Shown here: one piece after another, positions 17,739 through 27,981 of the stretch | Layout: every line of letters starts with the position of its first letter | Position numbering within the stretch: position 1 is the first letter of the stretch | Assembly: GCA_948442255.1 (NCBI GenBank) | Contig: CAOJRT010000004.1 | Coordinates: 4,614 to 68,613, forward strand | Reading direction: 5' to 3' | DNA from: an uncultured Bacillales bacterium | GTDB lineage: Bacteria > Bacillota_I > Bacilli_A > RF39 > UBA660 | DNA length: 64,000 nucleotides | Notes under the pieces: model-generated | Told to the model about the DNA's origin: nothing | The model's input: the letters and a program-made list of their open reading frames with translations, nothing else | Databases searched by the model: none | Made by a program: the position numbers and the translations under genes

Positions 17739-18896
17739 ATGAAGAAAGTATTTTCTAAAATGCATTTTGGCTTATTGCTTTTAATGTTAAGCTATTCTAT
17801 AGTTGGTCTTGTTATGATTTTTTCCTCCTCTTCAGTAGCAGCAGTTCTTCGTTATCAGGTAGCAAGTAACCATTTCTTTATTAGACAATTAATCTTTTTA
17901 TTTATTGGCTTTATAGGAGGCATTTTAATTATTCATATACCTACTAAAATATATCGTCGTGTCAGCAAGTTAGCTATGATGGGAATTATTTTTCTTTTAT
18001 TTTTTCTTTTTGTTGCGGGTTCTGTTGCAGGAGGTGCATTGAGTTGGTATGATTTTGGAATAGTAAATTTTCAACCTACCGAACTAGCAAAAATTATTTT
18101 AATCGTTTACCTCGCTGTCTATTATCATAAACTAAGAACAAAAAAAGGTACAAGTTTCTTTCAAATGATTTTTCCTCTAATCTTAGCTGCTATTATTTTT
18201 ATTCTTATTGCTCTACAACCAGACTTTGGTGGTGCATTTATAATTTTTGTCATTGCTGCTTGTATATTTTTATCCTTGCCTTTTGGAAAAGCTCATAAAA
18301 TAACCATGTATAAAGTTTGTGGAGTAGGAACTCTTCTTCTTGCAGTTGCTATCTTATGTTTTGGAAAAACGATTTTGAATTCTTATCAAGTCAGTAGATT
18401 GTTAAATTTTAAAGAACCATGTCAAAGATACCAAGAAGAAAGTGGTTACCAAGTGTGTAATGGTTATATTGCCATCCATAATGGTGGTTTATTTGGCGTA
18501 GGTCTTGGAAATTCTTCACAAAAGTATTTGTATTTACCAGAGGCGCATACAGACTTTATTTTTGCTATTATTTGTGAAGAATTAGGTATTATTATTGGAA
18601 TTATCATTGTATTAGGGTATTTTTTAATGTTGTTTTTCGTTTATAAAGTGGCTAAAGAAGCAGATAATTTAAGAAATAGTATTCTTGCTTATGGAGTATT
18701 CGTTTATATTGCGATTCATATTTTAATTAATCTTTTAGGGATACTTGGTTTAATTCCATTAACTGGTGTTCCGTTACCATTTTTGAGTTATGGAGGATCT
18801 TATAATCTATGTGTCTTAATTTCATTATTTATTGTGCAGAGAGTTCATATTGAAAACAAAATTGATAAACAAAGAAGAAGAATTGAAAATTTATAA
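17739..18896 (+). CDS. SEDS-family peptidoglycan polymerase (FtsW/RodA/SpoVE)
   Basis: Approximately 10 TM segments. 'QPTELAKIILIVYLA', 'QPDFGGAFIIFVI', 'PEAHTDFIFAIICEELG', 'TGVPLPFLSYGGS' are SEDS hallmarks. I cannot tell which paralog it is. Confidence 0.85.
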   Translation: MKKVFSKMHFGLLLLMLSYSIVGLVMIFSSSSVAAVLRYQVASNHFFIRQLIFLFIGFIGGILIIHIPTKIYRRVSKLAMMGIIFLLFFLFVAGSVAGGALSWYDFGIVNFQPTELAKIILIVYLAVYYHKLRTKKGTSFFQMIFPLILAAIIFILIALQPDFGGAFIIFVIAACIFLSLPFGKAHKITMYKVCGVGTLLLAVAILCFGKTILNSYQVSRLLNFKEPCQRYQEESGYQVCNGYIAIHNGGLFGVGLGNSSQKYLYLPEAHTDFIFAIICEELGIIIGIIIVLGYFLMLFFVYKVAKEADNLRNSILAYGVFVYIAIHILINLLGILGLIPLTGVPLPFLSYGGSYNLCVLISLFIVQRVHIENKIDKQRRRIENL

Positions 18897-18951
18897 AATA
18901 AAAAAGGAAAATCCATTTACACCGCTAATAAGTATAATAGGAGGTGATAAA

Positions 18952-19719
18952 ATGGATTTTTTTAATGAAGAGAAAATACACATCTATTTAAGTTATGTCT
19001 TAGTACTTTTATGTTTCGTTCTTGCAATAGCTTTTTTTCTTTTTGCAAATAAAATAAAGCATATAAAAGCGGTGAGTGAAGAGAGCACTTCTAAAGTAAC
19101 AGAAGAAGTAGAGAAGATAGAAGAAATAAAAGAGGAGATTGATACTCCAATAGAAGAAGAAAAAATAAAAGTAGATATTAAGGGAGCTGTGAAAACTCCT
19201 GGTGTGTATGAAGTAGGAAAAGAGGCGGTTGTACAAGATGTTATAACTTTAGCTGGAGGATTGAAAGCAAATGGAAGTACACAATTTATTAATTTAGCTT
19301 TAAAAGTGAAAGACCAAATGGTCATACGTATTTTAACTTCTTCTGAATTAAAGGAATTAGAAAAAGAAGAAAAAGAACTTTGCATATGTGACACAATTGA
19401 TACATCTAGTTGTAAAGAGGCAGTTGTTATTGTTCCAAGTGATAAAGAAATAACAGATACTTCTAAAAAGGACGACACAAATCAAAAAGAGAATCCAACT
19501 GATGAGAACAAGAAAGAAGAAAAAGATGACCTTGTTTCTATCAACACAGCAACAGCCAAAGAATTAATGTCTATTTCGGGAATTGGTGAGGCAAAAGCGA
19601 ATGCTATCATAGCGCATCGTGAAAAAAATGGTCCATTCCAAGCAATAGAAGATATAAAAACAGTCTCTGGAATAGGTGAAGCTCTTTATAACAAAATTAA
19701 AGATTATATTAAACTCTAA
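18952..19719 (+). CDS. comEA: Competence protein ComEA (DNA receptor)
   Basis: AGGAGGTG RBS, an N-terminal TM helix, an SLBB-like segment 'IKVDIKGAVKTPGVYEVGKEAVVQDVITLAGGL', and C-terminal tandem helix-hairpin-helix 'INTATAKELMSISGIGEAKANAII...VSGIGEALYNKI'. Confidence 0.85.
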   Translation: MDFFNEEKIHIYLSYVLVLLCFVLAIAFFLFANKIKHIKAVSEESTSKVTEEVEKIEEIKEEIDTPIEEEKIKVDIKGAVKTPGVYEVGKEAVVQDVITLAGGLKANGSTQFINLALKVKDQMVIRILTSSELKELEKEEKELCICDTIDTSSCKEAVVIVPSDKEITDTSKKDDTNQKENPTDENKKEEKDDLVSINTATAKELMSISGIGEAKANAIIAHREKNGPFQAIEDIKTVSGIGEALYNKIKDYIKL

Positions 19720-21694
19720 TTTCTTTTATCTAGGCTGTATCATATTAGCACTAAGTTTGTTTTTGTTCTGTAACTTTGTTATAAAAAAGCCACAACAGGA
19801 AGATAGTTTTTCTTTAGTAACTGGTACCATAATTGATTACAAGATAGGCAATGGAAAAACAACCCTCTATTTAAAAGGGGATACCAATAGCATTGTTACT
19901 TTCTATGAAGAGCTTACAGTTCTATATGGCGCTAAAATAGAAGTAAAAGGGGAGGAGAAAAAAATAGAAAATCAAACGATTCCTCATGCTTTTTCTTACA
20001 AAGATTACTTATATAATAATGACATCTATACGAATATAATAGGAGAGGATATATCTTTGATAGAAGCTCCAAAAGGAATATATTGGCTAAAAAACAAAAT
20101 ACGAAACAGAATTAATAAAATCGACCAAAGAGGATATTTGTTAGCTTTTTTATTAGGAGATAAAAACGAGATAGAGGAAACAACTTATAATAATTATAGT
20201 AAAATAGGGGTTACTCATTTGTTCGCTTTATCAGGAATGCATGTCGGAGTTCTTAGTGGAATCCTTCTGTTTTTTTTCCAAAGGATAAAAAAGAAAAACT
20301 TTATAGTATTAATTTTTTTATTTTTGTATGGATTACTTGTTGGATTTCCCAGTTCCTTAAAGCGTTGTATCCTCTTTTTATTTCTAAATACCCTAAATAA
20401 AGAATACCATCTTGCTATATCTCCCACAAAAATTTTGTTGCTTGTATTTACTCTATTAGTAATCCAAAATAACAAGATTCTTTTTGATATAGGCTTTCTC
20501 TTTAGTTTCTTTACTGTTCTAGGTATATTAGCTTATCATAAATGGATTATAAGTAAAAACAAATTTATAAGTTCATGCAAGCTTAGTGTTGTCGCTTTTT
20601 TCTTTAGTTTACCAATTGCTTTTTATAGTTTTTATAGTGTGAATTTTTTAAGTATTTTCTATAATGTTTTCTATATTCCTTATGTTAGTTTATTGCTTTA
20701 CCCTCTTTCCTTACTAACTTTCTTATTTCCTTTCTTACACCCTTTTTTTTCCTTTTTAATAAATGTATTAGAGCAAGTAACCTTTTTCTTAAGTAAAATA
20801 GATTTCCTAACTCTATATTTATCATTTTCTTGGCATTATATAGCAATTTATTATGCGATGTTATTGCTATATGTGAAATGGAAGAAAAAAATTTGTATCC
20901 TTTTAAGTATAAGCCTTATCATTTTTAAATTTTTTCTTCCTTACTGGGATGCTTCAGGATATGTTTACTTTTTTGATGTAGGACAAGGAGATTCTTGCTT
21001 AATCATTTCTCCGTATCGTAAAGATGTTATCCTCATTGATACAGGTGGAATAACAAGTTATAATAAAGAACCATATTATGTTAGTGATAATATAATTAGT
21101 TTTTTAAAGTATGAAGGAATTCATAAAATTAACTTTCTCATCCTTAGCCATGGCGATAGCGATCATGTTAAAGATTCTTTGCATCTAGCGGAGGAAATAA
21201 AAATAGAAAAGGTAAAAATAAATAAAGGGGAGATAAATAAATTAGAAAAACAAATCATTGAAAATATAAAAGTAGGAAAGTATCAACCTAAGGGACTAAA
21301 ATTACAATTCTTAGAAACAAAAGAAGCCAAGAACGAGAATGATAATAGTATATTTACACTAATTAAAATATATAATACAACAATACTAAGTAGTGGAGAT
21401 GCTGGAAAACAAAAAGAGGAGGAAATCATAGAAAAATACAAAGTAAAAGCTGACATAGTAAAAATAGGACATCACGGAAGTAAAACAAGTAGTAGTAAAA
21501 GCTATCTAGAAAGTGTAAACTCTCAATATGCCATCATTAGTAGTGGTAGAAACAATCGTTTTGGACATCCTCATAAAGAAACCTTAGAAACTCTAAAAAC
21601 TTTATCTATTGATTATGCAAATACACAAGAAGAGGGAACTATTCTTTTTAAAATTAATGAAAAAGGAATAACCAAATTCAATTTTCCGCCATAG
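19676..21694 (+). CDS. comEC: DNA internalization competence protein ComEC/Rec2
   Basis: Polytopic competence domain ('THLFALSGMHVGVLSG') plus a C-terminal metallo-beta-lactamase domain ('DVGQGDSCLI', 'DTGG', 'LSHGDSDHV', 'GHHGS'). The GTG start overlapping comEA is uncertain. Confidence 0.85.
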   Translation: MKLFITKLKIILNSNFFYLGCIILALSLFLFCNFVIKKPQQEDSFSLVTGTIIDYKIGNGKTTLYLKGDTNSIVTFYEELTVLYGAKIEVKGEEKKIENQTIPHAFSYKDYLYNNDIYTNIIGEDISLIEAPKGIYWLKNKIRNRINKIDQRGYLLAFLLGDKNEIEETTYNNYSKIGVTHLFALSGMHVGVLSGILLFFFQRIKKKNFIVLIFLFLYGLLVGFPSSLKRCILFLFLNTLNKEYHLAISPTKILLLVFTLLVIQNNKILFDIGFLFSFFTVLGILAYHKWIISKNKFISSCKLSVVAFFFSLPIAFYSFYSVNFLSIFYNVFYIPYVSLLLYPLSLLTFLFPFLHPFFSFLINVLEQVTFFLSKIDFLTLYLSFSWHYIAIYYAMLLLYVKWKKKICILLSISLIIFKFFLPYWDASGYVYFFDVGQGDSCLIISPYRKDVILIDTGGITSYNKEPYYVSDNIISFLKYEGIHKINFLILSHGDSDHVKDSLHLAEEIKIEKVKINKGEINKLEKQIIENIKVGKYQPKGLKLQFLETKEAKNENDNSIFTLIKIYNTTILSSGDAGKQKEEEIIEKYKVKADIVKIGHHGSKTSSSKSYLESVNSQYAIISSGRNNRFGHPHKETLETLKTLSIDYANTQEEGTILFKINEKGITKFNFPP

Positions 21695-21734
21695 AATATA
21701 GTAACATTATATAATGTTTAGATATATTGGAAAA

Positions 21735-21756
21735 AGTGTTTTAAACACTCTTTTTC
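21735..21756 (+). terminator. Putative terminator after comEC
   Basis: agtgt-tttaa-acact followed by ctttttc. The extended -10 tgctataat of holA (21759-21767) comes immediately after. Confidence 0.45.
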
Positions 21757-21779
21757 TTTGCTATAATAATAAAAGGTGA

Positions 21780-22745
21780 ATGGATATGAATACCTATTTA
21801 ATCTCTTTTACTAGCTATTTTTTATTACAAGAAAAGCTGCAAAAAATCCTACAAAATAATCCTTATTCTGTGTATGATTTAAATATGGATTCTCTAGAGG
21901 ACGTATTAGAAGAAGCTTTATATTTTTCTTTATTTGATGAAAAAAAGTATATCATCGTTAGAAATGCAATGATTTTTGGAAGTACAAGAAAGAAGAAAGA
22001 TGAAAAAGAGGAAAAGAACGCTAAAAAAGCAGACCGATTATTACAATATATAAACGAACCAAATCCAAATACTGTACTTATATTTACAATGAATGGTAAG
22101 ATAGATAACAAAAAAAAGATAGTCTCTGCCTTAAAAACGAAGGGAATCATCATTGAAGAGGAAATTCTAAAACCGCAGGATATCAAAAACAGAATGGTCT
22201 CTTTTATGAAAAAAGATGGCTATAAAATAGACTTAAATTCTATTAACTACATCATGAACAATTGTTTAAATAATTATGATTTAATCATAAATGAATTAGA
22301 AAAAATAAAATTATACTATAAAAAAGGATGTGGGGTCTCTTTTGAAGATGTGAAAGAAATTACAAGCCATTTAATAGAGGAGAATAATTTTAAATTTCTT
22401 GATGCAGTGTTAAACAAAAATGTTAAAGAAGCTCTCACAATCTATGAAGATTTAAAAATACAAAAGGTAGAACCTCTTATGTTGCTAATTATGCTTTCTA
22501 AAGAGTTGCGTCAGGTTTTACTAGTAAAGCAATTAGGACAAAAGAACAAAAAAGAAATCATGGAATTTCTAGATATAAAGTATGATTTTCAATTAGAAAA
22601 ATACAAAAACATAAGTCTTTCTTACAAAGAAAAAGAAATAATTGATTATCTGTTATATCTTTGCGAATTAGATTATAAGATAAAAAGCGGCAAATTAGAT
22701 AAAAAATTAGCTATACTTTTATTTATATTATATATGAATAAATAA
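21780..22745 (+). CDS. holA: DNA polymerase III delta subunit
   Basis: Size (321 aa), the pattern 'LEEALYFSLFDEKKYIIVRNA', and conserved comEA-comEC-holA synteny as in B. subtilis. Sequence similarity was judged by eye only. Confidence 0.7.
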   Translation: MDMNTYLISFTSYFLLQEKLQKILQNNPYSVYDLNMDSLEDVLEEALYFSLFDEKKYIIVRNAMIFGSTRKKKDEKEEKNAKKADRLLQYINEPNPNTVLIFTMNGKIDNKKKIVSALKTKGIIIEEEILKPQDIKNRMVSFMKKDGYKIDLNSINYIMNNCLNNYDLIINELEKIKLYYKKGCGVSFEDVKEITSHLIEENNFKFLDAVLNKNVKEALTIYEDLKIQKVEPLMLLIMLSKELRQVLLVKQLGQKNKKEIMEFLDIKYDFQLEKYKNISLSYKEKEIIDYLLYLCELDYKIKSGKLDKKLAILLFILYMNK

Positions 22746-22754
22746 AGACAAGAA

Positions 22755-23717
22755 TTAGGATGCTCTTGCCTTTTTATTTTCTTCAATCTTTTGCGTGTTT
22801 TTAAAATTTAATTTAGCTATATTATACAATATATCTTTTCCAAACTTTTCTACTAGAGTAACTCCTACCTCATCTACTAAAGAAGAAGCTCCCAAAGGAA
22901 TAACAATTCCCATTTTTTCATTTAATTTTTTCATTTCTTTTAAAAAGATATAACGGCTAATAATCGAAGAAACAGCTACTGATAGACATTGATCTTCTGC
23001 TTTTGTCATAAAAGTAATTTGATTTACTTTTTCAGGAACTTGGGACAAATGAGCATAATAACTTTTAGGAGGCTCAAATTGATCAACTACAACCTTTACT
23101 CCTACCAAGTTTTCTTTTTTTATAACAGAGAGTAAACACTTGTTATGTAATATAGCTTTAATTTTGTTCATGTTCATGTCTGTACGATGAAAATCGTTGT
23201 ATTCCTTATTGCTTAAAACAATTGAAGTATGTGGGATTTTTTTTATAAGAGTAGGACCAATAGAAATGATTTTTTCATCCGTTAACTTCTTGGAATCACG
23301 CACTCCTAAATCAGTTAGAAAAGAAAATTTATCCTTTGCAACATAGGAAGCAGTTACCACTAACGGTCCAAAATAGTCTCCTGTTCCCACTTCATCAGAT
23401 CCAACAGAAGAAACAGATATAAATGATTTTGTCTCTTCCTTTTTCTTCTCTTTTTTGTCAGAAATGGTTATGGTATTATTGTTTTTTATTCGTTCTTGTT
23501 CCATCCAATAAGAACTTTCAATGTCGGCTCCTAACCCCTGAAACATTACTTTCCCAGATTCGTAAAGGGTAGTAACACAGTCGTAATCTTTAACTTGAAA
23601 AATAGCATAAGGGGGAGCTTTTTCGCATTTTTTATCTTCGTAATGACGAATCATCATTTCTTTAATGTTGTCACTTACCTTAAACACAATTGTACTAGAT
23701 TTATTAGTTGTTTTCAT
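22755..23717 (-). CDS. rnhC: Ribonuclease HIII
   Basis: N-terminal RNase HIII-specific domain followed by the catalytic 'GSDEVGTGDYFGPLVV' and 'DSKKLTD' motifs. 320 aa. Confidence 0.85.
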   Translation of the reverse strand: MKTTNKSSTIVFKVSDNIKEMMIRHYEDKKCEKAPPYAIFQVKDYDCVTTLYESGKVMFQGLGADIESSYWMEQERIKNNNTITISDKKEKKKEETKSFISVSSVGSDEVGTGDYFGPLVVTASYVAKDKFSFLTDLGVRDSKKLTDEKIISIGPTLIKKIPHTSIVLSNKEYNDFHRTDMNMNKIKAILHNKCLLSVIKKENLVGVKVVVDQFEPPKSYYAHLSQVPEKVNQITFMTKAEDQCLSVAVSSIISRYIFLKEMKKLNEKMGIVIPLGASSLVDEVGVTLVEKFGKDILYNIAKLNFKNTQKIEENKKARAS

Positions 23718-23792
23718 TTACACACCTCTATGTTATAGTATCATATTTTTCTTTCTTTTTCATTAAGAATATAGTATAATTAAACTAAGGAT

Positions 23793-24536
23793 GTGATAAT
23801 AATGTTAAACTTTTCTGACCCAACGGTCATTATTGCGAATATAGCAATACTTTTATTTATAGGGCTTGGTATTTATTCTGGATTCAAAAAAGGTTTATTT
23901 GAAACAGGAATACGCTTTTTGGGAAGCATTATCGCTCTAGTGGGGGCTTATATATTTAAAAATCCACTTTCTGTATTTTTATATACGCACTTACCTTTTT
24001 TTAAACTAGATGGTGTGTTAAAGGGCGTAAGTGTTATAAATATTGTTATTTATGAGATTATTGCTTTTTTAATTCTATTTGCGATTTTAATGTTACTTAT
24101 TAAAGTTATTTGCAAACTAACAGGAGTAATTGATAGAATTCTATCTTTTGTATTCTTATTTGGTCTACCAAACAAAATTTTAGGTGCTATAGTTGGATTT
24201 ATAGAATCTATTGTAGTTCTTTATTTTGCTATAGTAGTTCTAAATGTAGGAGCAGGCGTTTTTGGTTTTCAAATAAAAGACTCTTTAGCTAATAAAATTC
24301 TGGATATTCCTATTTTAAATAAAACATTTGGAAGTAGTGTAGGGGCAATTGAAGAAATATCATCTCTAGCAAGTAATTATGAAAATATTGAAGACAAAGA
24401 TGTATATAATAAAGAATCGTTACGTATACTATTAAAGTATGAGATAATCGTACCTGAAAATGTTCAATTATTACAAGATAAGGGGAAAATAAATATTTCA
24501 GACTTAGATCAATTATTAAAAGAATACGAGGAATAA
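23793..24536 (+). CDS. CvpA-family membrane protein
   Basis: Four TM helices beginning 'VIIANIAILLFIGLGIYSGFKKGLFETGIRFLGSIIAL', typical of CvpA/YshB. It lies beside rnhC as in B. subtilis. An alternative start is the ATG at 23802. Confidence 0.65.
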   Translation: MIIMLNFSDPTVIIANIAILLFIGLGIYSGFKKGLFETGIRFLGSIIALVGAYIFKNPLSVFLYTHLPFFKLDGVLKGVSVINIVIYEIIAFLILFAILMLLIKVICKLTGVIDRILSFVFLFGLPNKILGAIVGFIESIVVLYFAIVVLNVGAGVFGFQIKDSLANKILDIPILNKTFGSSVGAIEEISSLASNYENIEDKDVYNKESLRILLKYEIIVPENVQLLQDKGKINISDLDQLLKEYEE

Positions 24537-24537
24537 T

Positions 24538-24834
24538 ATGTTGAAAAAATTAGAAAAAAATGAAAATCTAATGGAAATAATAAAAAAAGGTGTATGGTTA
24601 GTTGATTTCTCAGCCACTTGGTGTGGACCATGCAGAATGTTAGAACCTGTTTTAGAAAGCGCAAGTGAAACTTATAATGTTCTTGCTATTGATGTTGATA
24701 CGCATAGTGAACTCGCTTCGTCTTATGGAATTATGAGTGTTCCTTCCTTGTTAGTGTTTAAGAATGGCGAGCTAATAAGTAGGCAAGTAGGTTACAAAAA
24801 TTTAGAAGAAATAAATGAATTAATGAACATATAA
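24538..24834 (+). CDS. trxA: Thioredoxin
   Basis: WCGPC active site in 'VDFSATWCGPCRMLEPVL'. 98 aa. Confidence 0.85.
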   Translation: MLKKLEKNENLMEIIKKGVWLVDFSATWCGPCRMLEPVLESASETYNVLAIDVDTHSELASSYGIMSVPSLLVFKNGELISRQVGYKNLEEINELMNI

Positions 24835-24862
24835 AAATTAGAAGAAGTCTTCTAATTTTTTT
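24833..24862. terminator. Bidirectional terminator between trx and the yigZ-like gene
   Basis: aaaaattagaag-aagt-cttctaattttt palindrome with flanking A and T runs. Confidence 0.6.
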
Positions 24863-25208
24863 CGTTCAAGACAAGATTAGCCACCGTCATATAAGCACGG
24901 AGCAACCCTCCAGCGCCTAATTTTGTACCACCAAAATAACGAACGACTACTACTAGACAATTTTCCTTTTTTTTCCTTTCTATACAATTGAAAATAGGAA
25001 GTCCTGCGGTATTGGAAGGTTCTTTATCATCTGATTTTCCAGCTGTATGAACAAGTTTATAAGCATAAGGAATATGTCTTGCTTTTTTATGCTCTATTTT
25101 TAAATTTTGCAATATTTTTTTTACTTCCTCCACAGAATCAATTTGATAGGCATAAGCAATAAATTTTGATTTTTTAATAACCAACGTATTTGTACAAATT
25201 AATTTCAT
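24852..25208 (-). CDS. IMPACT/YigZ-family (UPF0029) N-terminal-domain protein
   Basis: 'IKKSKFIAYAY', 'ARHIPYAYKL', 'DDKEPSNTAGLPI', 'VVVVRYFGGTKLGAGGLLRAY' match the UPF0029 signature. It is 118 aa, so it lacks the C-terminal YigZ domain. Confidence 0.75.
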   Translation of the reverse strand: MKLICTNTLVIKKSKFIAYAYQIDSVEEVKKILQNLKIEHKKARHIPYAYKLVHTAGKSDDKEPSNTAGLPIFNCIERKKKENCLVVVVRYFGGTKLGAGGLLRAYMTVANLVLNEKN

Positions 25209-25279
25209 AACATCCCTCTAATTCATTATATCATTTCTAGTAACTTTGTGGTATAATTGTCGAAAGTAGGGCAAGTCTT

Positions 25280-26319
25280 ATGAAAATAAAACAAAATTTT
25301 TTTAAAGAAGAAACACGTATAGGTTATTTATATTCATTTTGTTGTTGAAGTGCTATGTTTTTTCACTTTGAGCAGAGTTGTTGGCAACATCTTTCTTTTA
25401 TGGATGATTCCATTATTCTATGACATGTTTGCTTTTGTTCCACAAGCTTTAATCGGTTATTTTTGTGATAAACATAAAAAAACTCCCATTTTGTTGTTGA
25501 TACTAGGTTTTATATTCTTTCATGGTATAAATATGAACTCCTATATAGCGATTTTCGTTCTAGCCATAGAAAATGCCTGTTTGCATATAGACGGAGCGGA
25601 AAGTACACTTAGGTTTAGCAAAGGAAACATGAGTCCTGCAGCAATATTCGTTGCTGGTGGTTCCTTTGGAGTGGTTTGTGGCAAATTATTAGCAAGTAGC
25701 TCTTTATCCTATTTGTTCTTAGTTTTTTTGCCTTCACTCTTATTTCTTGTACTATTTTAGGAAACATGATAAAGAAAGAAAACGGAGAAGATACTTTAAA
25801 AGAGTATAATTACCATAACCCGCATATAAAAAGTGGCATCCTTATCCTTTTAGCAACTTTAGTTGTAACCATAAGGGGCTATATGGGATATGGTATTCCT
25901 ACAAGTTGGAATAAGACAGTTCTACAAACTATTTTACTTTATACTTTTATGGGGATAGGAAAGGCATTAGGTGGAATTCTAATAGACACCATTGGAATGC
26001 GTAAAACGGCTATAATAAGCGTTGTAGTAGCTTTACCTTTCCTATTATTTGGAGATAAAATTATGATTATCTCTTTGATTGGTGTGATGCTATTTAGTAT
26101 GACAATGGCTGTAACCTTAGAGCTTCTTGTCTCCGTTTTAAAAAGACGTCCAGGTTTAGCTTTTGGATACACCACAATCGGTTTGTTTTTGGGAACAGTT
26201 CCCATCTTTTTTGTTCGGTTTATAACCCCTTAGCAAATAATATTGTCTTTATTATTTTATCGGTTATCTGTTTTCTATTATTACTCTATATAATTAGAAA
26301 GGATGAAAAACATGTCTAA
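25280..26319 (+). pseudogene. Multi-frameshifted polytopic membrane (MFS-like) gene
   Basis: An extended -10 tgtggtataat (25249-25257) precedes the ATG at 25280. Four hydrophobic ORF pieces follow one another in different frames: 25280-25348, about 25323-25760, 25766-26233, and about 26220-26319 (YNPLANNIVFIILSVICFLLLLYIIRKDEKHV). 'GIGKALGGILIDTIGMRKT' resembles the MFS loop motif. At least one junction lies at a T6 run (26205-26215 region). Confidence 0.45.
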
Positions 26320-26470
26320 TATAGAAATTATATTTGATCCAAACATCTTAAAACAAGAAGGAATACCATTTGTTATTCTAATGATTTCCTTTTTAATAAT
26401 AGTACTAGTAACTATTTATTTTATATATAAAGAATTAAAGAAAAAAGAAGGTAGAAAAAATGAAAAATAG
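26312..26470 (+). CDS. Possible 52-aa single-TM protein
   Basis: AAAGGATGA RBS-like sequence lies before the ATG at 26312. Product: MSNIEIIFDPNILKQEGIPFVILMISFLIIVLVTIYFIYKELKKKEGRKNEK. It overlaps the next ORF start by 11 nt. Confidence 0.3.
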   Translation: MSNIEIIFDPNILKQEGIPFVILMISFLIIVLVTIYFIYKELKKKEGRKNEK

Positions 26471-27932
26471 AAAAAAATTATTAATAGTGGCCTTGCTATT
26501 CCTTTTATTTCCAATAATCGTATTAGCAGATATGGATTCTCCTGAAATTACATCATATGAAGTCCGTGTTACTTCAATAAATGGTATCAATCTAGTCGAT
26601 TGGGATGGACAAATAATTACGACTATAGCTTATGATACAATATTAAAAATCACTATGGAAGAACATCGTGATGGCATTTTATATGGAGCAACAGAAACAA
26701 ATAAAAACTGGGGATATGTAAAACTATTAGATACAACGCTTGTCAAAAAAAAGTTGATTTAAAAGACTTTACCAAAGCAAAGGAACCAGAAAAGTGTTAT
26801 GTCTTTGCAGATGGAGCTTATCTTTATAATGGACCTTCTACTATTTATGGAAGAGTAGAAGACGAGGTTATGATACCTAAAGGAAGCACTATAACGTATG
26901 AATATAGTGATGATTGTTGGGCTTGTGTAGAGTATAACGGAGTAAAAGGATGGGTATATATTTATACTTATAAGGGCTTTGGACCCTATGATGAGAATTC
27001 TAATTTAGCTTATTTTGCTTCAGCAAAAGAAAATAAAATACTTGTTTTAGAGGATGTTGGGTTAGTAAACAACCCTATAGAAGAAAAAGAAACAGGTGTA
27101 AAAATTCCAAAAAGCAAGAAGTAATCTATGATTATTACTATTACGCGCATCCAAAAGAAACTTACTACCATGTAACTTATGGAGAGGAGAAAGGTTGGAT
27201 AGAAACTAAAACTACAAAAGAAGGAAAGGAAACAATATTAGTTTTTAGTGATTGTATAACAACAATGATAACTGCTAAAGGTATCCCTTTATACAACGCA
27301 TATTTTGAAGAAGATAGTAAATCAAAAATAGAGATTCCTTTTGGGACAGAACTAAAAGTGATTTACGCAGCCTTTGGAAATGATGAAGAAGGGAGTTGGT
27401 ACTACGTAGAATACAACGAGCATAAAGGATGGATTAAAGACAATGGTTATCAAACGAATACACAAATCTTAGATATAAATTATGGTTTCGTTTCAAATTA
27501 TACAGCAAGTGCCGATATTCTTTTATACGAAGATTTAAACATCAAAGAAAAAAGTAGTTTTATAATAAAAGATAGTAAATTTCAAGTACTCTATTCCTAT
27601 GAAGAAGACAATCAGACAAGTTGGTTATATGTTCGTGATGCAAATTATGAAGGGTGGATATTGCGAGGTGAAAATGTAAAATACGAAGCAGATGATGAGG
27701 TTTGCATAGATATTGTCGCTAAGGAAAAAATTGATCCCGTAGAAGAAAAAGAAAAAGAGGATGAAAAAGAACGCGAAGAAGCTTTATTACAAGAAGAAAA
27801 AAAGAAACTTTATCTTCTAAAATGATTCTATTCCTTTGTATTGGTGGTGCTATTGCTATTGCTGTTACAGCAGGAACTACGTTAGCCATAATTCATAGAG
27901 CCAAAAAGAAGACTCAAAAAAAGACTTTATAA
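26460..27932 (+). pseudogene. Frameshifted surface protein: signal peptide, about five SH3b-like repeats, charged linker, C-terminal TM anchor
   Basis: Track ORFs 26460-26762, 26870-27124 and 27265-27825, plus an untracked piece 27822-27932 (MILFLCIGGAIAIAVTAGTTLAIIHRAKKKTQKKTL), join into one reading frame if single-base shifts are allowed at the A8 run 26745-26752, the A-run near 27110-27120, and the A-rich run 27790-27803. Recurrent 'W..VEYNG.KGW(V/I)'-type ends: KNWGYVKLL, VKGWVYIY, EKGWIETK, HKGWIKDN, YEGWILRG. Confidence 0.55.
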
Positions 27933-27981
27933 AATTAGAAAAAAGTCTTTTTTTTGTGCTATAATGCTAATAGGTGTTCTT

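Noticed and set aside
19740-19760. ttagcactaagttt as a possible CIRCE (HrcA) half-site
   Set aside because: Only one half-site resembles TTAGCACTC. There is no inverted partner 9 nt away, and it lies inside comEC coding sequence.
26745-27803. Programmed ribosomal frameshifting to explain the split SH3b gene
   Set aside because: Three separate shifts, in different directions, at plain A-runs with no downstream stimulatory structure are not what programmed frameshifting looks like. Pseudogenisation, phase variation or homopolymer sequencing error are more parsimonious.
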